Shown piece after piece: positions 28,531-37,835 of a stretch of DNA of 64,000 nucleotides. The stretch is from a virus (taxonomy: Duplodnaviria; Caudoviricetes), in IMG/VR virus record IMGVR_UViG_3300036945_000454, positions 788 to 64,787 of that record; one strand, given 5' to 3'. Made by a program: the position numbers and the translations under genes. How positions within the stretch are numbered: the stretch's first letter is position 1; every line of letters begins with the position of its first letter. The notes beneath the pieces are model-generated. The model saw only the letters and a program-made list of their open reading frames with translations. It did no database searches and had not been told where the DNA came from.

Positions 28531-28547
28531 TTTAAACCAAAAATAAA

Positions 28548-28889
28548 ATGGGATTTCATTCATTCATAACTAACGACACCAATAAAAGCGTGTCAAATGT
28601 ACACTCGGTTCGTGGATCGTTCGATGTGTACCTAAAAGATAACCAAGGCAATGTGTGGCATGAGCCATTGTACGATGGCTACGGAAAGTTTGATGACAAA
28701 GACTTTTATGAGTTGCTTGCTGAAATGAACGGCCTTGGATCAGATCGAAGTGCGGGTATTTATTTGGCACATTCTACTGAAAATAGATCTGACATTATTT
28801 GGCCAAACATTGATGAAGATCCAAGTATTGAATGGCGAAATGAAGAGCCAAAGCAATGTGATGAACAAGGATTTTTTTACGGATATTAA
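28548..28889 (+). CDS. Conserved hypothetical phage protein
   Basis: MGFHSF...YDGYGKF...DFYELLAEMN...QGFFY. Confidence 0.65.
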   Translation: MGFHSFITNDTNKSVSNVHSVRGSFDVYLKDNQGNVWHEPLYDGYGKFDDKDFYELLAEMNGLGSDRSAGIYLAHSTENRSDIIWPNIDEDPSIEWRNEEPKQCDEQGFFYGY

Positions 28890-28902
28890 AATAAAATTTA
28901 AA

Positions 28903-29583
28903 ATGGCAAAAGTATTAATAGCTTGCGAGGAAAGTCAAGCGATAACAAAAGAGTTTAGGGCCTTAGGTCATGAGGCATTTAGTTGCGACATATTGCCATG
29001 CTCGGGAGGACATCCCGAGTGGCATATACAAGGCGATGTATTTGGTGTGATTGATCAGAACTGGGATCTTATGATCGCTCACCCACCTTGCACATTTTTA
29101 TCGTCTAGTGGTGCTTCTTGGTACTACCATCCCGACGATAAGCACTTGCCGACAATTGAGCGTAGACCTCACCCACGATATCCAAATCGTGATTGTGAAC
29201 GGCAGTCAGCGATTGAGTTTGTGATAAAACTTTATGAGTCAAATATTCCTCGGATCGCAATTGAAAATCCGATTGGATCATTGTCAACTGCATGGCGTAA
29301 ACCCGATCAGATTATTCAGCCTTGGATGTTTGGTGATTCAGCCAATAAGTCTACTTGCTTGTGGCTTAAAAATCTACCATTGATCACGCCTACAGATATT
29401 GTTGACAAAGGCGAATTTTTTGAATGGATTGATGGTAAGAGTGGGAAGGTAAAGCGACAGCCGATGTGGTATTACAAGGCTTTAAGTCAAGCCAAAACTC
29501 CTGCAGAGCGTAGAACTTTGAGAAGCAAAACATTCCAAGGCATGGCCAAGGCGATCGCAAATCAATGGAGCAAGGTCTTGTAA
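28903..29583 (+). CDS. DNA cytosine methyltransferase-like protein
   Basis: Likely start MAKVLIACEES at 28903; HPPC catalytic motif, ENP, RSKTF.G.A.A.A.QW. Confidence 0.75.
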   Translation: MAKVLIACEESQAITKEFRALGHEAFSCDILPCSGGHPEWHIQGDVFGVIDQNWDLMIAHPPCTFLSSSGASWYYHPDDKHLPTIERRPHPRYPNRDCERQSAIEFVIKLYESNIPRIAIENPIGSLSTAWRKPDQIIQPWMFGDSANKSTCLWLKNLPLITPTDIVDKGEFFEWIDGKSGKVKRQPMWYYKALSQAKTPAERRTLRSKTFQGMAKAIANQWSKVL

Positions 29584-29632
29584 ATGCGAGATTATTCAAC
29601 TAACTTTCAACCCAATTTAAACAACCTTAAAA

Positions 29633-30040
29633 ATGAATAAAGAAGAATTCTTAATCGATTGTGGTAATTTTATCATCAATGAGATTCGATGTGGCCACAT
29701 TAAAGAGTATCGTGATGAGTCTATTTGCGATGCGATTTCAGACTTTTGTGTTGACTACTCCGACAAACATAACTACAGTTATCGTAAGCTTTGCTTATTG
29801 GCTGAGGACAAATTAAACTTTCGTGAATTCCAGAATGAGTTTGTTCAGGAGGTAGAATTTAATATCGTGTATGCACCACAAAAATGGCACGACAATTTAG
29901 AGTTTCAATTATCAATCGCTAAACAAAAATTATATGAGACAAGCCCTCGAACCTTTTCGCAACTTAATTCTTTCGGGCAAAAAGAAGGGAAAACTTATAC
30001 TGCCATTGAGCAACTGGAGTCAACTACAGCTAAGCTTTGA
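29633..30040 (+). CDS. Hypothetical protein
   Basis: 135 aa ORF. Confidence 0.55.
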   Translation: MNKEEFLIDCGNFIINEIRCGHIKEYRDESICDAISDFCVDYSDKHNYSYRKLCLLAEDKLNFREFQNEFVQEVEFNIVYAPQKWHDNLEFQLSIAKQKLYETSPRTFSQLNSFGQKEGKTYTAIEQLESTTAKL

Positions 30041-30179
30041 TCGTGACCCGATCACAAAGAAGTATATGTTGCAAGCATACGAGAATGCCACATGGCTATT
30101 CACGGCATACGAGAATGAGAGTTCTCGATTGGTAAAAGACTTTGACGATCTAATGAGCAATTACTTATGTATAGACTAA
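29934..30179 (+). CDS. Hypothetical protein
   Basis: 81 aa ORF with A-rich leader, overlaps the previous ORF. Confidence 0.5.
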   Translation: MRQALEPFRNLILSGKKKGKLILPLSNWSQLQLSFDRDPITKKYMLQAYENATWLFTAYENESSRLVKDFDDLMSNYLCID

Positions 30180-30469
30180 TGAATTTATCTTTTGCTTTGA
30201 TATTTGGTACAATAATTTGTGCTGATAGTAACTTGATATGGGCAAGTATATCATTTTTAATTGCTAGTATTTTAATATTAATCTTAATTTATCATGGGAG
30301 AAAAAAATAGAATTATGTTGGCCGTAGGGATATGGTTGGTATTGAGTGTACTTGTTTTTTGTTTGGCACATTTTATTTATAAGGTATGAGCGATAAGCAA
30401 GCTGGTGGCGTGTTCACCTTAATAACATGGGTAGTTTTTATTTTATTAGTAATAATCTTTTGCAGATGA
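30179..30469 (+). CDS. Three overlapping micro membrane ORFs (30179-30310, 30294-30389, 30386-30469)
   Basis: Hand-translated 43, 31 and 27 aa hydrophobic peptides with overlapping start/stop codons. Confidence 0.5.
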
Positions 30470-30828
30470 TAACAAATGTAGAGTTGATCGATGAGATCGC
30501 AAAGAAAATCATATATCGCCATCGTATCAAGAAGCTTGATATGTTTAGGAATACTAAAGTGTTCCCGGTAGTGAACGCTCGCCACCACTTTTATTACCTG
30601 TGCAAGGATGCAGGTATAAAGGTGTGCGAGATTCAGAGGTACTGCGAGAGGTATGGGTATCCCATAGATCACGCATCGGTTTTGTATGGAATTAAAAAAT
30701 TTAAATCAAATGAGAAAAATGTTGCTAATTATAACAAGCTTGGGGGTATTATTAATCGTGATTGGCTCGAAGCCAGGCTCGACAAAACCCTCACTAAGAA
30801 TCGTGAGAGTGAACCCGAATTGGGATGA
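30466..30828 (+). CDS. DnaA domain IV-like HTH protein
   Basis: Likely start MITNVE at 30466; VNARHHFYYLC...DHASVLYGIKK resembles the DnaA C-terminal DHTTV motif. Confidence 0.6.
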   Translation: MITNVELIDEIAKKIIYRHRIKKLDMFRNTKVFPVVNARHHFYYLCKDAGIKVCEIQRYCERYGYPIDHASVLYGIKKFKSNEKNVANYNKLGGIINRDWLEARLDKTLTKNRESEPELG

Positions 30829-31158
30829 GTCGTTTGACTCTACCTATGTGGATCGATTGGGAATAATTAATTATACTAAAACTAAAGCGTCTTATGAATC
30901 GGAGTTACATCGCCACGGCTACTAACCTTTTATTTTTTATTACCTCGGCCATCGTGGCAGTTGTATTTATAATGCCATTAGTATTATTGGCATCAATCTT
31001 TATAATTCCAAAATATGAGAATTAGCATAATGATTTTGTTTATCGCAGTTGGCTTGTTGTCATGCGACCGTGGTTGCTACATGAAACCCGACAAGAAGTC
31101 TAAGGACACTAAGCACTACATACATCGTAGGTATCCAACTTATAAACCTTATAAATAA
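30710..31158 (+). CDS. Three small membrane/lipoprotein ORFs (30710-30925, 30894-31025, 31015-31158)
   Basis: N-terminal TM segments; the last has lipobox LLSC. Confidence 0.5.
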
Positions 31159-31604
31159 TGGGGATAACGATTAGAGAGAATGTATTAGACTGCCCACATT
31201 GTGGCCACAAGTCGGACCTAGACTATGCGATTAACATTTTTGATCGTACCGAGGATGAGCAAGAGAGAGCCAACGGCAAGTGTGATGGGTGCGAGCGAAG
31301 GCTCGTGTTCAGGCGAACGGCTAAAGGCTTTATCAAAGTGTACAAGGCCAAGTCAACCGATCCTGAGTATGGTGAGGAGAGGGTCCGGTCTGGGTTCATC
31401 GAGCACAGGCTTGACTGCCCTAAGTGTGGAATCACTAACAACGCAGATGACTTGGATAAGTTGTTCAGCAGGTCTAAAAACATTGATTGTATACTCACAC
31501 AATGTGATGGGTGTAACGACAAGTTAATTGTCAGGCGAAACGCCAACGGGTTTTATAATTTGTATGTGTATTACTATAACTATAACGTAAAAAAAAGAAG
31601 ATGA
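31158..31604 (+). CDS. Tandem zinc-ribbon protein
   Basis: Two copies of LDCP.CG...CDGC...L..RR.A.GF. Confidence 0.7.
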   Translation: MGITIRENVLDCPHCGHKSDLDYAINIFDRTEDEQERANGKCDGCERRLVFRRTAKGFIKVYKAKSTDPEYGEERVRSGFIEHRLDCPKCGITNNADDLDKLFSRSKNIDCILTQCDGCNDKLIVRRNANGFYNLYVYYYNYNVKKRR

Positions 31605-31783
31605 CAGGCTCAAAGAACCAAGCACAAAAGCTAGTTGATGACATCATGTTTTGTACATCATTACAGCACCTTGATGAAGTAAAAGCGGTGGCTAAATTAT
31701 TCATCAAAGAGATTAAGTTGAATTGTGTTGATTCAGCATTACCATTTTGGAACGAAACCGAAAAACAATTAGACAGATTATGA
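31601..31783 (+). CDS. Hypothetical protein
   Basis: 60 aa, ATGA-coupled. Confidence 0.55.
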   Translation: MTGSKNQAQKLVDDIMFCTSLQHLDEVKAVAKLFIKEIKLNCVDSALPFWNETEKQLDRL

Positions 31784-32094
31784 CACAAGAAGAATTTAAT
31801 CGAACAGTTAATTATCTAATGGAATCAGGCGATGAAATTAGATCGGCCAAGCAACCTGAGTACACGCTTGAGAATGTGGATGTGCTTAATAATTTTAAGC
31901 AGTCAGCCATCAGAGCTGGCGTGTCACCTATGCAGGTGTGGTCAATATTTTTTGACAAGCAATTGTCTAGCATTCAGGCTCACATTAAGAATCCAAACTT
32001 AGTCCAGGCCGAACCTTTAGATAGCCGATGGGCTGATTTATACAATTATTTATTACTTGGTTTTGCACTATATAAAGAAGGTGTTGAACAATAA
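31780..32094 (+). CDS. Nucleotide-modification-associated (DUF1599-like) protein
   Basis: Likely start MTQEEF; K..EY...NF...A and RWADLYNYLLL. Confidence 0.55.
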   Translation: MTQEEFNRTVNYLMESGDEIRSAKQPEYTLENVDVLNNFKQSAIRAGVSPMQVWSIFFDKQLSSIQAHIKNPNLVQAEPLDSRWADLYNYLLLGFALYKEGVEQ

Positions 32095-32127
32095 AAAGAA
32101 CTTTGTTGTATATGTGAAATTTACTTT

Positions 32128-32135
32128 TATCTTTG
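32128..32135 (+). promoter_or_regulatory. Promoter -7 TATCTTTG of the recombination/replication operon
   Basis: Consensus match with TTG about 19 nt upstream. Confidence 0.6.
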
Positions 32136-32159
32136 TCGAACATTTAATCCAATTTATTT

Positions 32160-32759
32160 ATGTCAAACAAATCAGTATTCGAGCAACTCAGCTCGCTCAA
32201 CCTCTCGTCTAAAACGGAAAAGAGAGGCAACCTAACTTACCTTTCTTGGGCTCACGCCTGGGCCGAATGCAAGAAGTTATTCCCGGATATGACTCGCACA
32301 GTTTATGAGAGTGATACCTACATGAACTACTTCACGGATGGCTCAACTGCGTGGGTCAAAGTTGGCGTGACCATTCAGGGTCAAGAGCATATTGACTACT
32401 TGCCTGTGATGGATATGCGTAATCAATCGGTGCCATTGGCTAACATCACATCGATGCAAGTCAATAAGACTATCCAACGATCTACGGTGAAGGCTTTGGC
32501 CTTACACGGCTTGGCGTTAAACATCTACGCTAAGGAGGACTTCCCATCTGAATCAGATTCAAGTATGCAACCTGTGAAGGCTCAGCCTAAGGCTACATCT
32601 AAGGTGGCGTTGGTAGAAGGCGATGCTAATTGGCAGAAGGTGTCCAATTTTGTGATTGACAATATGGGACTAAGCACTGATGAGGTGATCAAAAAGTTGT
32701 CAGTTAAGTACGACATCTCAGAGGCAACAAAGAAAGCAATCACTAAACTACGCAAGTAA
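32160..32759 (+). CDS. Sak/Rad52-like single-strand annealing protein (DUF1071)
   Basis: LTYLSWAHAW, LPVMD.RN, VNKTIQR...KALALHGL.L.IY. Confidence 0.85.
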   Translation: MSNKSVFEQLSSLNLSSKTEKRGNLTYLSWAHAWAECKKLFPDMTRTVYESDTYMNYFTDGSTAWVKVGVTIQGQEHIDYLPVMDMRNQSVPLANITSMQVNKTIQRSTVKALALHGLALNIYAKEDFPSESDSSMQPVKAQPKATSKVALVEGDANWQKVSNFVIDNMGLSTDEVIKKLSVKYDISEATKKAITKLRK

Positions 32760-33172
32760 TGAAACAGATATTTAAAGCAGGTGATAAAGTCTTTGATATT
32801 AGATATGGATGGGGATTGGTTGTTAGCGTTAATATGCTAACTGATTATTGGCCAGTTGAAGTTTTATTTGATGGCAAAGAAGAATTACTTGAGGAGTATA
32901 CTTTTGATGGTAGGGCTTATATTAATTACGAACCTATCCTATCCTTCACCGAATACACACTTGAAGGATTCTCACAAGAACGCCTTGAAGAATTACCAAA
33001 GAAGGGTGATATTGTTTGGGTAAGGGATGTTTTTCCAAGTGAATGGATAATTGGATATTTTTTCAAGAAAGAAGGAGATAATTATTTCAGTTCACCGCAT
33101 CCAAAACCAACTGGATGGACATATTCAGGTATTGAAATCAGAACAACTAACCCTTACAAAAATGAGCAATAA
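32759..33172 (+). CDS. Hypothetical protein (FK.GDKV, SH3-like repeats)
   Basis: 137 aa ORF. Confidence 0.6.
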   Translation: MKQIFKAGDKVFDIRYGWGLVVSVNMLTDYWPVEVLFDGKEELLEEYTFDGRAYINYEPILSFTEYTLEGFSQERLEELPKKGDIVWVRDVFPSEWIIGYFFKKEGDNYFSSPHPKPTGWTYSGIEIRTTNPYKNEQ

Positions 33173-33896
33173 CATTATCGAAACCCTACGCAACGACACC
33201 GAGTATTACTCGGGTGTTGGCAAGAACTACTTATCGAACTCAGACATTGGTGCCTTGTTATACAATCCGATGCAGTTTGGTAAGGACAAAGAAAAGACTC
33301 CGGCTATGCTTGCTGGGTCTTATTTCCACGCATCAATCTTGGAGCCTGAGAAGGTGGTTAACTTTCCCAAGGTAGAGGCATCGACACGCACGACTAACAT
33401 CTACAAGGAGGCTATCGCAGCACATGGTGTGGATATGTTAATGCTTCAGAAGGAGGCAGATGACATCGATCGAATGGTCAAGGCTTTGCTTGGTAACTTC
33501 ACGTTCTACGACATGATTCGTGATGCTGATAACGAGTACGAGGTACCGGCTATTGGTGAGATTGGTGGCGTGCAATGGAAAGGCAAGTCGGATATAGTCG
33601 GTAGCGAATTACTGATTGACCTGAAGACAACTGGAAATCTAGATGACTTCAAGTTCTCAGCACGCAAATATAATTATGACAGTCAGGCGTACATCTACAA
33701 TCAATTGTTCGGTAAGCCTATGGTATTCATAGCTGTTGAAAAAGAAACCTGTCGGACAGGTCTATTTGAATGTTCAGATGAGTTTATGGATCGTGGCAGG
33801 GAGAAAGTGTACAAGGCCATCGAGGTCTATCAAAAGTTCTTCGGGGCAAATGCTACCGATGACATCACTCAGTTTTTTACAACTCAAATTTTATAA
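33162..33896 (+). CDS. PD-(D/E)xK exonuclease (RecE/DUF3799-like)
   Basis: Likely start MSNNII; LSNSDI, KGKSD, IDLKTT, Y..QAYIY. Confidence 0.85.
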   Translation: MSNNIIETLRNDTEYYSGVGKNYLSNSDIGALLYNPMQFGKDKEKTPAMLAGSYFHASILEPEKVVNFPKVEASTRTTNIYKEAIAAHGVDMLMLQKEADDIDRMVKALLGNFTFYDMIRDADNEYEVPAIGEIGGVQWKGKSDIVGSELLIDLKTTGNLDDFKFSARKYNYDSQAYIYNQLFGKPMVFIAVEKETCRTGLFECSDEFMDRGREKVYKAIEVYQKFFGANATDDITQFFTTQIL

Positions 33897-33909
33897 ACAA
33901 AAAACAATT

Positions 33910-34221
33910 ATGGCACAATTAATTTCAGCATCTATTGATGTATCAAAAATCTCCAAGGACAAGTTAGTTAAAGGAGCAAAGGGTAACTACCTTAACATTA
34001 CTATCTCGGTTAACGATGAGATCGATCAGTATGGCAACCAAGTAGGTATCTACGAGTCACAGTCTAAGGAGGATCGTGAGGCTAAGGAGAAGAAGAACTA
34101 CCTTGGTAATGGCAAGATTGCTTGGACATCTGAAGGTGGCTCAACTGCACCTAAGCAAGCACCTGCTAAGCCTGCAGCACAAGCACCTGTAGTTGAAGAG
34201 GGCGAAGACCTTCCGTTCTAG
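33910..34221 (+). CDS. Putative ssDNA-binding protein
   Basis: Likely start MAQLIS at 33910; acidic C-terminal EDLPF tail. Confidence 0.7.
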   Translation: MAQLISASIDVSKISKDKLVKGAKGNYLNITISVNDEIDQYGNQVGIYESQSKEDREAKEKKNYLGNGKIAWTSEGGSTAPKQAPAKPAAQAPVVEEGEDLPF

Positions 34222-34223
34222 TC

Positions 34224-34425
34224 CATGCAAAGATGTACAAAATAGGAGGGACTTACGTCTATATATAAATTACTATCCTACTAGTAAATTTATTTTTTCC
34301 GTTTTTCTCTCTTATTTTATACATTTTGTACACTAAAGAATATAAATAACTAATAATCAATTAGTTATCTATACCAACTTTAATTTATTTTGTACACTTT
34401 TTGTACACTAAAATGTACAAAATAA
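34224..34425. repeat. Origin-like AT-rich element, copy 2
   Basis: Five TGTACA sites and AATCAATTAGTTA, directly upstream of primase-helicase. Confidence 0.65.
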
Positions 34426-34456
34426 TAAATAATCCAATTGACCTTAGAATAATACA

Positions 34457-36829
34457 ATGGAAGTTACAATATTTAGAAACGTAAAAGATACTTCTGTTCC
34501 TTTCCACAAAAATGTGATTGACATTCTTGTTCGCATCAAGGATGGTAAGTCAAAGGACCTTGTTCGCAAGATCAGGTTGGAGAAGGACAAGGAGATGAGG
34601 AATAAACTCAAGTTAGAGTTGCCTGCGATTTGTTTCTCAGGTACATTCTCCAAGCGTGATGACGGCTCATTGCTTAAGCATAGTGGGCTTATTTGTTTAG
34701 ACTTTGATAATTTCCCTAGCCACGCAGAGATGTTGGCTAAGAAAGAGGAATTGTCAGCTGACCAATATACATACTCAGTATTTGTTTCCCCATCAGGTAA
34801 TGGCCTGAAGGTATTGGTTAAGATACCTGAGAATCCTGACAAGCACAAGGCATACTTCAATGCACTTGAGCTGTACTACAATTGCCCTGAATTTGATAAG
34901 ACATCTAAGAATATCTCACGGGTGTGCTATGAGTCTTATGACCCGACAATCTTTGTCAACGTAAACTCCCACATTTGGAATCAGATTGAGGAGGGTGAGA
35001 TAGATCACGTGACCAAGGACCAACGTCCTACTATTCCTATTGACGATGAGGATGAGATTATCGCTCGCCTTGCTAAGTGGTGGGAGAGTAAGTACGGCTT
35101 CGTTAGTGGCTCCAGGAACAACAATCTTTTCATCTTGGCATCAGCGTTCAATCAGTACGGAGTAACTAAGTCAGAGGCGATGTTTCGCTTTGCAGGATTT
35201 GTGTCTGAGGACTTTCGCCAGTCAGAGGTCAAGTCAATTGTGGAGTCGGCATACAAGCTAACTGATCAACACGCAACCAAGTACTTCGAGGACACGCAAA
35301 GGGTTGGCGAGGTAAAGGTGCAGTTAAATCGTGGTGTGCCAAAAAAAGAAATCCGTTCTCAATTGAAAGCCTCCGGGATGGAGGACGGAGCTATTGATTC
35401 AGTCTTAACAAAGATTGAAGAGGAGGAGAGTAAGAATATATTCTGGACCAAGAGTGATAAGGGTGTGGTGACATTGGTGCACTACGATCTTAAGAGATTC
35501 TTGGAAGAGCATGGGTATCGCAAGTATGTGCCTGAGGGTAACAAAGGATTTATCTTTGTTCGGATCAATCAGAACTTAATTGAGATGTGTACTGAGGATG
35601 ACATAAAAGACTTTGTGCTTAACCATATCCTTACAAACTTTCAAGACCTGAGTGTTTATAATTACTTCGCTGACAAGACTCGGTTCTTTCGTGAGGACTT
35701 CCTGTCGATGCTCGACTCGGTTAATATTTACTTTGTCGAGGACACAAAAGATGAGGCTTACCTGTACTACAAAAATGGTGTGGTGAAGGTCACAAAAGAT
35801 GCAACTGTTCTATTAAATTATGAGGACCTCGGTGGATACATTTGGGCTGACCAAGTGATCCAACGGGACTTCATTTTCTGCCCATCTGATGATTGTGATT
35901 ACAAGCAGTTTATACGCAACATCGGTGGCAATGATGACAAACGCATCGCATCGATTGAGTCAACGATTGGATTTTTGTTGCACGCATTTAAGAATGGTGG
36001 GTATTGCCCGGCTGTTATTATTAATGATGAGGTGATATCTGAGAACCCTGAGGGCGGTACCGGTAAGGGCTTGTTCATGAACGGTGTTAGTCGGATGAAG
36101 AAGTTGGTGACCATTGATGGTAAGTCATTCTCTTTTGACAAGTCATTCTCCTATCAATTAGTAACTACTGACACCCAAGTGCTAGTGTTCGATGACGTGA
36201 AGAAGAACTTTGACTTTGAGCGATTGTTCTCAGTTATTACTGAGGGTATCACGATCGAGCGTAAGAACAAGGATGCTATTAAGATTCCATTCCATAAGTC
36301 ACCCAAGGTTGTTATCACAACCAACTATGCTATTCAGGGTAAGGGTAACTCATTCGAGAGACGTAAGTGGGAGATGGAGTTTAAGCAGTTCTACACCAAA
36401 GACTTCACGCCACAGGATGAGTTTGGTAGGTTACTATTCAACGATTGGGGTGCTGATGATTGGTGTGCGTTTGATAACTACATGATGAAGTTACTTCAGA
36501 GTTATTTGCATACAGGTTTGGTACGTTGTGAGTTTGTTAACCTTAAGGAGCGTAAGTTCAGGGCTGAGACCAACTCTGAGTTTGTTGAGTGGATCGCTGA
36601 GTTTGGTGCATCGGTTGTGCCGTTCAACGAGAAGTTCAGACCTGACAAGGCGTTCGATAAGTTTATCATAGACAACAACGGGATGTTTAGAATGCTTTCC
36701 AAGCAACGATTTAACTCGTGGCTACGCACGTATGCTCTGCATAAGACAAAAAATAACCCCGAAGAGGGGCGTGATGCAGCTGGAAAATGGATGTTAATTC
36801 AATACAAAGAACAATTAGAATTATTATAA
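34457..36829 (+). CDS. Primase-helicase (BT4734/VirE-N-like, PriCT, P-loop)
   Basis: ICLDFD, SPSGNGLK, GSRNN, EGGTGKG Walker A, FDDV, ITTNY. Confidence 0.85.
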   Translation: MEVTIFRNVKDTSVPFHKNVIDILVRIKDGKSKDLVRKIRLEKDKEMRNKLKLELPAICFSGTFSKRDDGSLLKHSGLICLDFDNFPSHAEMLAKKEELSADQYTYSVFVSPSGNGLKVLVKIPENPDKHKAYFNALELYYNCPEFDKTSKNISRVCYESYDPTIFVNVNSHIWNQIEEGEIDHVTKDQRPTIPIDDEDEIIARLAKWWESKYGFVSGSRNNNLFILASAFNQYGVTKSEAMFRFAGFVSEDFRQSEVKSIVESAYKLTDQHATKYFEDTQRVGEVKVQLNRGVPKKEIRSQLKASGMEDGAIDSVLTKIEEEESKNIFWTKSDKGVVTLVHYDLKRFLEEHGYRKYVPEGNKGFIFVRINQNLIEMCTEDDIKDFVLNHILTNFQDLSVYNYFADKTRFFREDFLSMLDSVNIYFVEDTKDEAYLYYKNGVVKVTKDATVLLNYEDLGGYIWADQVIQRDFIFCPSDDCDYKQFIRNIGGNDDKRIASIESTIGFLLHAFKNGGYCPAVIINDEVISENPEGGTGKGLFMNGVSRMKKLVTIDGKSFSFDKSFSYQLVTTDTQVLVFDDVKKNFDFERLFSVITEGITIERKNKDAIKIPFHKSPKVVITTNYAIQGKGNSFERRKWEMEFKQFYTKDFTPQDEFGRLLFNDWGADDWCAFDNYMMKLLQSYLHTGLVRCEFVNLKERKFRAETNSEFVEWIAEFGASVVPFNEKFRPDKAFDKFIIDNNGMFRMLSKQRFNSWLRTYALHKTKNNPEEGRDAAGKWMLIQYKEQLELL

Positions 36830-36830
36830 A

Positions 36831-37058
36831 ATGAAACTATATACAGAAGACGAAGTAAGAAGAGTTATCAAGATTGCTTTTTGGCAAGATTTTGAGAATG
36901 GTACCACCGAAGATGATATAATAGGTTTTGCTCATTCAATAAATTTGCCAAGTGAGGAGGAGATAAATAAAGAAAGTGATGAACGTTGGGTGCCTATTGC
37001 TTTTAGAGTAGCTGTCAAATGGGTAATAGAACATATTAAACAACAGGTTATATCCTGA
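36831..37058 (+). CDS. Hypothetical protein
   Basis: 75 aa ORF. Confidence 0.55.
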   Translation: MKLYTEDEVRRVIKIAFWQDFENGTTEDDIIGFAHSINLPSEEEINKESDERWVPIAFRVAVKWVIEHIKQQVIS

Positions 37059-37069
37059 TTTATTAATGG

Positions 37070-37116
37070 ATATTACCTTACTTTTTTGTATATTTGTTAA
37101 AAAAATAAGGTAATAT
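37070..37116. promoter_or_regulatory. Inverted repeat enclosing promoter TATATTTG (putative operator)
   Basis: ATATTACCTTA-c-T6...A7-TAAGGTAATAT; the right arm overlaps the ATG at 37115. Confidence 0.6.
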
Positions 37117-37606
37117 GATATATTTTATTAAACACACAGATTTTATAAAGATTGGCTATACTGACGATATATATAGACGATTTAGTCAGTTGCAGGTAAG
37201 TTCTCCAAAAAAGCTAGAAGTTCTTGGTTTAGTTGAAGGGACTTTTGAAGATGAAAAAAAATACCATAAACAATTTAATGAATTTTATAGTCACGGAGAA
37301 TGGTTCTATTATTCTCAAGAACTTAATGATTGCATTTCTATGTTAAATAAAGATTTAATGTGGAAGTATGGTTATGAAAAAAACGAATTTAATGTTTTGG
37401 GATTAATTAAATCTTGCAGATTAGAACAAAATTTATCTTTGGCAGAGCTTGGAGAAAGACTAGGAATTACAGCCCAATCAGTAAAAGAAATGGAAACAAG
37501 GGAGATTCACGGTCAAATATCAATTGGTAATTTGATAAAAGCATTATCTAATCTAGGATATAAATATGAGTCTAGGGCAGTTAAACAACAAGACAATGGA
37601 AAATAA
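37115..37606 (+). CDS. T5orf172/GIY-YIG-like nuclease fused to XRE HTH
   Basis: IYFI...IKIGYT...R..QLQ...E...H..F...GEWF; C-terminal LSLAELGERLGITAQSV. Confidence 0.8.
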   Translation: MIYFIKHTDFIKIGYTDDIYRRFSQLQVSSPKKLEVLGLVEGTFEDEKKYHKQFNEFYSHGEWFYYSQELNDCISMLNKDLMWKYGYEKNEFNVLGLIKSCRLEQNLSLAELGERLGITAQSVKEMETREIHGQISIGNLIKALSNLGYKYESRAVKQQDNGK

Positions 37607-37826
37607 ATCAGATAAGCCTGAGTTGTATAGCATTCAGGCAACATTCACCCAAGAAGGTAGCTGTATTGATGGAGGATTCGAAGAGATCGTTATCCAACTA
37701 AGAGCTGACTTGGGTTTGGATTATATGAAAAGCGGATTCTTTACAATTAAAACTGAATCTTGGTCAGTAGATAGCGTTCAAGAGTTAGAAGAATTATTTA
37801 ATAGACTTAAAAAAACGATACAATAA
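37596..37826 (+). CDS. Hypothetical protein
   Basis: Likely start MENKSDK. Confidence 0.55.
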   Translation: MENKSDKPELYSIQATFTQEGSCIDGGFEEIVIQLRADLGLDYMKSGFFTIKTESWSVDSVQELEELFNRLKKTIQ

Positions 37827-37835
37827 ATAAACAAT

